From the IMG/VR virus record IMGVR_UViG_3300027896_000001, positions 96,001 through 160,000 of that record: a DNA stretch of 64,000 nucleotides; one strand, given 5' to 3'. Shown here one piece after another: positions 58,873-64,000 of the stretch. Numbering within the stretch: position 1 is the stretch's first letter; each line of letters begins with the position of its first letter. The stretch comes from a virus. Under the pieces are notes generated by a model. That model was given only the letters and a program-made list of their open reading frames with translations. It was not told where the DNA came from and ran no database searches. A program made the position numbers and the translations under genes.

Positions 58873-59072
58873 CTATCAAGTTTAGTTAATTCATTTTCTT
58901 TTTTAGGGCGTTCTAAAACTTCTATCATTTTCCATTCAGCCTTGTTGTGCTGCACGATTGCATCAAAACAAGTCGTCGGAATTGTTTCAGGATGACATAG
59001 AGATATGCATTTGCGCCCGCACATCTTGCATCCCCATAGACGGAGCACTTTTACATCTTTTAAACAATTCAT
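58866..59072 (-). CDS. Small Cys-rich protein
   Basis: CKMC...C...C; start 59072 or 59108. Confidence 0.55.
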   Translation of the reverse strand: MNCLKDVKVLRLWGCKMCGRKCISLCHPETIPTTCFDAIVQHNKAEWKMIEVLERPKKENELTKLDRW

Positions 59073-59083
59073 ACTTCCCCGTG

Positions 59084-59278
59084 TTAGTATAAGCACAACT
59101 CTCGCCACCTTTCTTCCTCAATATGTTTTATATAAATCTTTTTAACAGTGCTTGATTTTATCCTGTTAAAAATGAACTCTCTTACGCTCCCGTTTTCATC
59201 AATATCTTTTTGAGTGATACTGATAACAATTTCGCAGTCGCTAGTTGCTATTTTTAAATGATGAATACTGCGTTTCAT
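59084..59278 (-). CDS. Hypothetical protein
   Basis: ATG 59278 with AAGGA SD. Confidence 0.5.
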   Translation of the reverse strand: MKRSIHHLKIATSDCEIVISITQKDIDENGSVREFIFNRIKSSTVKKIYIKHIEEERWRELCLY

Positions 59279-59411
59279 TATTATCCTTTCATAAAAGATA
59301 AAAAGAATGCGCAAAGCATTCTATTATTGTTATCCCCGAATATTATTAATTATAACATATGTTCGAATAGGTTGGGGCGATTATTAAACCGCCCCTTTTT
59401 GCACGAATCGC

Positions 59412-59561
59412 TTATACTCCCACCGGAACGTCGTCATTGCTTTTAAACATCTTCTGTCCGGAGATCTTTTCAAAAACACGCTTCCAGAAATAGACTCCGG
59501 CAATATACGAAGCGATAACCAATGCAAGTCCGGCAATGAGAATAATCCTCTGCTTAATCAT
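59412..59561 (-). CDS. 49-aa single-TM protein absent from the ORF track
   Basis: MIKQRIILIAGLALVIASYIAGVYFWKRVFEKISGQKMFKSNDDVPVGV; SD AAGGAG. Confidence 0.65.
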   Translation of the reverse strand: MIKQRIILIAGLALVIASYIAGVYFWKRVFEKISGQKMFKSNDDVPVGV

Positions 59562-59731
59562 GGCAATTACTCCTTAAACGCTTAAATTGTGATTTGAAAC
59601 GACAGAATTTGACTCTGCCAGTGATTTGCCCTTACAGACCGCGTAGGAACGCGGCTACGCTACGATCTTAACCCCGGTCGAAGGGAAGGTGCTTAAGCAC
59701 CAACCCCTAATTTGAGCCCCTTTAAGGCTGC

Positions 59732-60352
59732 TTAGGATTCCAGATACTTTCGTGCGTTTGCCACCCTAATCCTTTTATCCATGAATTCATCAAACGACTT
59801 GAACTTTATGGGCGGTTCAAAACGTGATATATAAAGGTTTACAACCCCGTTTTTATGGACATAAATAACAGGGATATCATTTTCTTCTTCTTGAAGATGA
59901 ACAGCTATCTTTATTCCTGAATCTGTTCCATGATGCCGATCTTTGCATACCATTGTTTTTACATAAGGTTTTATTAAATGAAAATATTTTTTTGCTAATT
60001 GAAGACTTTCAAGATCGCAGTTAATTTTAAGAGCCCGTTGTTGGGTTTCCTGCCAGTAACCAAGACACGAAAAACCAGCCTTAAGAAGAGTGGCTGTTGA
60101 ATATGTGTGGCGCTCCATTCCCTCACGATGATCTATTTCAAGAATCCATTTCCAATGTTCAGGTTTTAAATTTTCAAGCCGTTTAGGCATTCTTGCAATT
60201 ATTCTTCGAGTTTCCATATTTTTCCGATTTTCAAGCATGTTTATTAATGGAGTTATTTTTTTATCTATTTTATTTTTTTGTTGAAATAAAAGTTCGAGAT
60301 TTTTTTGCACATCTATTATTTGTGTTTGAATATCCATAAACCTTTTTAACAT
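59732..60352 (-). CDS. Hypothetical protein with N-terminal coiled coil
   Basis: ATG 60352 with AAGGAG SD; the track extension to 60550 runs through structured RNA. Confidence 0.7.
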   Translation of the reverse strand: MLKRFMDIQTQIIDVQKNLELLFQQKNKIDKKITPLINMLENRKNMETRRIIARMPKRLENLKPEHWKWILEIDHREGMERHTYSTATLLKAGFSCLGYWQETQQRALKINCDLESLQLAKKYFHLIKPYVKTMVCKDRHHGTDSGIKIAVHLQEEENDIPVIYVHKNGVVNLYISRFEPPIKFKSFDEFMDKRIRVANARKYLES

Positions 60353-60376
60353 AATTCTCCTTTGTTTAAAAAAAAA

Positions 60377-60709
60377 GGGAGAGTCCAGGTACGGACTGTA
60401 ACTACACCGTTCCGGGTTTAGCTCTCGGGCCATGGAGTTCCGATGCTTCCCTGAAGACTCTCCCGAATAAAAAGGACGGCGCTTCCCTGAACAGTTGACG
60501 TTCAGGGGCCCTGCACTTCGACACAAGAGGGTCGTGCTGATTACCCTCAAGCCGGTCAGCAGTTAACAAGAATTGAGAACAGCCGTTCAATCTCGATAGA
60601 CTTTGCGCCGTAACCCAAAAAAAAGTGCGCCACACAATCAGAAGCGAGGACGCACCGAGCTTTGTTCTGATAATTTAGCCCTAAGCCAACTCGCAATAAT
60701 GTGGCGCAC
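60377..60709 (-). ncRNA. Three tandem structured RNA domains
   Basis: Closing stems GGGAGAGTC/GACTCTCCC (60377-60464), ACGGCGC/GCGCCGT (60476-60611), GTGCGCCACA/TGTGGCGCAC (60625-60709), each followed by a T tract on the - strand. Confidence 0.55.
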
Positions 60710-60928
60710 ATTTCAATTTATATTTTCCAGTATTGACCCTCATATTCTTCAACCAAAATTTGCTCTTTCTTCAAATCGGGATAATGCTCCATAAGCATCT
60801 CAATAGTCATCCCGTATTGTTGAGCCGCAAAGGTCAATACTACTTTTGGTTCTTCCTGATCACCATCTTTAGTAAAGCGACCTCTTATTCTGCATACAAA
60901 CCTCCTTATTGGTTTATGCTGTTAATGT

Positions 60929-61138
60929 TTATTTTTCCTGAATATCTTCTTCAGGAATTAAAATCCCTACATCTTCACGTCTTAAAGTTCTAGTTATAAT
61001 TGACGTATGTTTAAAAACGCCAGGGCTCGTTCTTTCTAAAATATCAGGATGAGTTCCGCCGTATATAATAATAGTTCTGTTTGGATAAACTTCACAAGGC
61101 CAAGGATATTCTTTTGTTTGTTTTACTATTAATGGCAT
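60929..61138 (-). CDS. Hypothetical protein
   Basis: Operon packing. Confidence 0.6.
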   Translation of the reverse strand: MPLIVKQTKEYPWPCEVYPNRTIIIYGGTHPDILERTSPGVFKHTSIITRTLRREDVGILIPEEDIQEK

Positions 61139-61146
61139 TTTTTACC

Positions 61147-61365
61147 TTATTTCTGTTTCAAAAACTTTTCACGTACTTCTTTTGCATCTGCAGCATCTTT
61201 TACAATAGGACAAAGATAGTCTTTACATGTATATCCAGTCACAGAACACATCCAAACATTATGAAATCCTGCATTTGCAGCAGTAGAAGAATCTCCTTTT
61301 AATTTACATTTCAATGATAATTCGCGAAATTCTTTCTGGGAAAGGTCTCCAGTATTAACGTCCAT
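61147..61365 (-). CDS. Small Cys-containing protein
   Basis: C...CSVTG..C....CP. Confidence 0.6.
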   Translation of the reverse strand: MDVNTGDLSQKEFRELSLKCKLKGDSSTAANAGFHNVWMCSVTGYTCKDYLCPIVKDAADAKEVREKFLKQK

Positions 61366-61376
61366 AGTTTTTCCTT

Positions 61377-61727
61377 TTATTTAAGATTTATTATTAAATG
61401 AACAATTTCCCCTTCTGGAACTGGATATGCAGGCTCAGGACCGTTACCTGAAAAATATGTCAACTTAGCAGGATAACCATCCACTGAAAGCCATTGTTCT
61501 CTTCCTCCAAACCCTCCTTCTAAAAACCATGGATTATTTTTAAAAAATTCCACCTCCAAGTGGTGAAGGTTTAAAAATCTTTTTACTAAAAATATCAAAC
61601 GGTTTTGTTTTAATTCGTCTTCTGTTATTCCCAATTCTTCCAATGTAATATTTTTTTCAAATTTGACAGTTATTGTATCGGGCCTTCTTGGATCTATAAA
61701 GCCCCTTGAAAAATAATTAAATTTCAT
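61377..61727 (-). CDS. Hypothetical protein
   Basis: SD AAGGA. Confidence 0.65.
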   Translation of the reverse strand: MKFNYFSRGFIDPRRPDTITVKFEKNITLEELGITEDELKQNRLIFLVKRFLNLHHLEVEFFKNNPWFLEGGFGGREQWLSVDGYPAKLTYFSGNGPEPAYPVPEGEIVHLIINLK

Positions 61728-61765
61728 TTTTATCCTTTCTTAAAAAAAAATCATGCTGCGATGAT

Positions 61766-62146
61766 TTACTTAGATTTCTTTTTTTTTATTATAAACTGCG
61801 GTGAGGCGAGTCTTTTTTCAAAAGCATCCATCAGCGCCGCTTTTATATTATCACCAGTCGGATATGATTTTTTACTTATATACATATAGGCTGAAAGGTT
61901 CTGAACAAACAAAAGTTGGGACTCTTCGTTCAGAATAGGCGTTGCAAACGCCCGAGTATTACTAACTGCTCTGCCGGCTGATTTTGTTCGCCCTATTTTT
62001 TTACAGAAGATATCTTTTTCATTGCACTTGCAGACACCCCATCTGAATTCATTTAAATTATTTGTCTCAATCATTGCGAATGTATATCCTCCGCCTGCAA
62101 GTAATTTGCCTTCAGATGTGTACTTTCTTACATGAAAAAACTGCAT
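61766..62146 (-). CDS. Conserved-type phage protein
   Basis: GG.T....G..KC..KD.FCKKIGR..S.GR motif. Confidence 0.7.
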   Translation of the reverse strand: MQFFHVRKYTSEGKLLAGGGYTFAMIETNNLNEFRWGVCKCNEKDIFCKKIGRTKSAGRAVSNTRAFATPILNEESQLLFVQNLSAYMYISKKSYPTGDNIKAALMDAFEKRLASPQFIIKKKKSK

Positions 62147-62171
62147 AAAGTCTCCTTTTAAAATGAAAAAA

Positions 62172-62324
62172 GCGCGCCACTCTGGTTTACCAGGAACAGA
62201 TTTTCATCACGAAAATGCCGTTCCGTGACTATCCTGACCCAATCCGTATGACATTCTGGGGGATGAGATTCGCAGATACGCAGAACCGGTTTAAGCTTCC
62301 ATTATCTGCACTCATATGACGCGT
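62172..62324 (-). ncRNA. Structured RNA element (~150 nt)
   Basis: CGCGUCA/UGGCGCG closing stem followed by a U tract; internal hairpins GCAGAUA/UAUCUGC and GGAACGG/CUGUUCC. Confidence 0.5.
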
Positions 62325-62350
62325 GTGTTTTTAATTGCTAATTTATTTTA

Positions 62351-62878
62351 TTAGGTTATATAAAAATCATATTTAATTTCGTTTGATGGATAAGGATAAC
62401 GCCAACAATGCTGGCAATTAATATTTAAATTAACGCATTTTGTTTTTTTTATATCGCATTTAGGCAAATGCAATCCGGCAGTATTGGAAATACGTTTAAC
62501 AGAAGCCACGCCAGATAACATTCTGATAGCGTTCATGTTCTGTTCTATAATTAAATCGTCTAATGGTTTTCCGTTCGATTTCCGTAATTCAACAACCAAA
62601 TCACCAACCGCGCCGAACTGCAAGATAGTTATTTCTTTAATTGTAAATGAATCGCCTAATTGGTTTTTTGCTTTATCCAAACAGGAATTGCATAATGACA
62701 TGCTGCCTATCAAGCCGTCTTTGTCTTTTCTCTTTTCAGTAATTATTACAGACGGACGATTGGTACAGCGAGTCCGTTCGCCAATATGCCCTCCCATGGA
62801 AAAAGCCCCGACCTGACGTTCTGCCTGGCATTGATTTGGATCAGGTGGTATTAATTTGGGCTTCTTTTTTTTATCCAC
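62351..62878 (-). CDS. Cys-rich hypothetical protein
   Basis: QCQA..RC...SMSLC..C and C-terminal Cys cluster. Confidence 0.65.
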   Translation of the reverse strand: MDKKKKPKLIPPDPNQCQAERQVGAFSMGGHIGERTRCTNRPSVIITEKRKDKDGLIGSMSLCNSCLDKAKNQLGDSFTIKEITILQFGAVGDLVVELRKSNGKPLDDLIIEQNMNAIRMLSGVASVKRISNTAGLHLPKCDIKKTKCVNLNINCQHCWRYPYPSNEIKYDFYIT

Positions 62879-63071
62879 TCTTTCCTCCTAATAGTTTAAA
62901 TAGTGTTTTAATTAAAGTAGGTATTTTACTATTTTCTTGTTTTGCGATTTCGAAAGCCTGTTTTTTAGGCAAGCCGGTATCAAGAATCATTTTACATTTT
63001 TTGCAAAAAACTCCATATCCTTCTTTATATGGCCAGATAGTTCTTGCAACCCCAAAAGCATGTTTACACAT
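62871..63071 (-). CDS. Small zinc-finger-like protein
   Basis: C.H...CKKC. Confidence 0.6.
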   Translation of the reverse strand: MCKHAFGVARTIWPYKEGYGVFCKKCKMILDTGLPKKQAFEIAKQENSKIPTLIKTLFKLLGGKSG

Positions 63072-63237
63072 TTTTATCCTTCCTTATTAATCTGCATTTT
63101 GCATTGGTTCCTTTGGGCCTTCCATACTGCTGACAAGGATATCTGCAAAGATTAAAGCCCATAGAATGCCTTGTATTATGTTCTGTTTTATGCGGACAAT
63201 CAACTTTGCATTTTTCCCATAAAGGACAGATATTCAT
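63064..63237 (-). CDS. 57-aa Cys-rich protein absent from the ORF track
   Basis: MNICPLWEKCKVDCPH...; SD GAGG; fills an operon gap. Confidence 0.55.
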   Translation of the reverse strand: MNICPLWEKCKVDCPHKTEHNTRHSMGFNLCRYPCQQYGRPKGTNAKCRLIRKDKNV

Positions 63238-63248
63238 AATTTTTTCCT

Positions 63249-63413
63249 CTAATCAAATTCTATTTCATCATTAATAGTTTTTCCATTATCCAGATTTTTT
63301 TCGATATTCTTCAGCATACTTAAAGCCATTAATAGTTCAACCGGATCTGGATTAGGGTTTATTTTATCCATTACAAAATGGATAGCTTCACGTATTGTTT
63401 TTTTTCCACTCAT
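63249..63413 (-). CDS. 54-aa protein absent from the ORF track
   Basis: MSGKKTIREAIHFV...; SD AAGGAG. Confidence 0.6.
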   Translation of the reverse strand: MSGKKTIREAIHFVMDKINPNPDPVELLMALSMLKNIEKNLDNGKTINDEIEFD

Positions 63414-63422
63414 GTTTTCTCC

Positions 63423-63698
63423 TTAAACTTTAATGTTCACTCTTCCTAAAGTAACAATTTCGTCATCGACCGCGATGTCAGGAATAAAGCTTCCTTTCAA
63501 TACAATGTCTGCTTTAAGGCCAAGTTTCTCAGCCCATCGCTGTGCGTAATCAAAACCTGATCCCGACCAGATGAACATATCGCAGCCGAAGTGTTCAAGA
63601 AATTTATAGAACCAAATCACATCATAGCGCGGAGTGTCTTCTTTTTTTCCTACCTGATGGATAAGGGTCCCGTCAACATCAAAAGCTACGCTAGGCAT
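63423..63698 (-). CDS. Minimal HAD-superfamily phosphatase
   Basis: FDVDGTL, WSG.G, K and VDD motifs. Confidence 0.75.
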   Translation of the reverse strand: MPSVAFDVDGTLIHQVGKKEDTPRYDVIWFYKFLEHFGCDMFIWSGSGFDYAQRWAEKLGLKADIVLKGSFIPDIAVDDEIVTLGRVNIKV

Positions 63699-63712
63699 GA
63701 ATTCCCCTTATT

Positions 63713-64000
63713 TTATTTTTTAGTTAAATAAAACAATGTTTGCATTTCTTCCATAGTCAATATTGTAGTATTTCCGAAATCAGTTTTAATTCTATATCCT
63801 ATAAATGAAACTATTGCTTTAACTTTAGAAAATTTATAAAATTTTGAAGATACGATTTTAGCATTACCAATTTTTCGCCCGTCTTTTGTATAAAGAATAA
63901 GACCGGATCTTAATCTTCCTCTTTTATCGAAAATCGGCAAACGTCCAGTTCCACCGCAATGTAAGCATTTTTTTATTATGCCTTGGCACGATGGACACGG
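63713..64000 (-). CDS. Partial CDS with DnaJ-type zinc finger
   Basis: Frame open to the window end: CPSCQG....CLHCGGTG. Confidence 0.6.
   Translation of the reverse strand, partial: PCPSCQGIIKKCLHCGGTGRLPIFDKRGRLRSGLILYTKDGRKIGNAKIVSSKFYKFSKVKAIVSFIGYRIKTDFGNTTILTMEEMQTLFYLTKK

Noticed and set aside
1-64000. CRISPR array or evenly spaced repeat array near the RT
   Set aside because: No regularly spaced non-coding direct repeats found; the only tandem repeats are coding
1-64000. Stop-codon reassignment
   Set aside because: Genes pack tightly under the standard code, with TAA, TAG and TGA all used as stops

Overview
Fragment of a large, probably jumbo-class, contractile-tailed dsDNA phage using the standard genetic code. 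The + strand (1-47356) carries virion morphogenesis genes: probable baseplate spike C-terminus, permuted NlpC/P60 amidase, terminase, prohead-protease candidate, scaffold, two decoration paralogs, major capsid protein, neck, sheath and tube. It also carries an M15 peptidase and ten glycosyl/methyltransferase genes beside a 2623-aa Ser-Pro-Ser-Ala repeat protein. The - strand (47392-64000) carries a DUF5664-like dNTP diphosphohydrolase, thioredoxin, tRNA-Pro, tRNA-Gln, tmRNA, an intein-containing class II RNR and many small hypotheticals. Best candidate for a new system: a - strand operon encoding a DHH phosphoesterase, a retron-type RT with a Cys-rich insert, RNase HI and a small basic protein, followed by a ~225-nt retron-like ncRNA lying downstream of the RT. 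A similarly built ~217-nt orphan RNA lies 43 kb away and is packed with restriction-site palindromes. Second candidate: a virion O-glycosylation system in which Ser/Pro tags sit on several structural proteins. All functional calls come from motif recognition by eye; no searches or folding programs were run.
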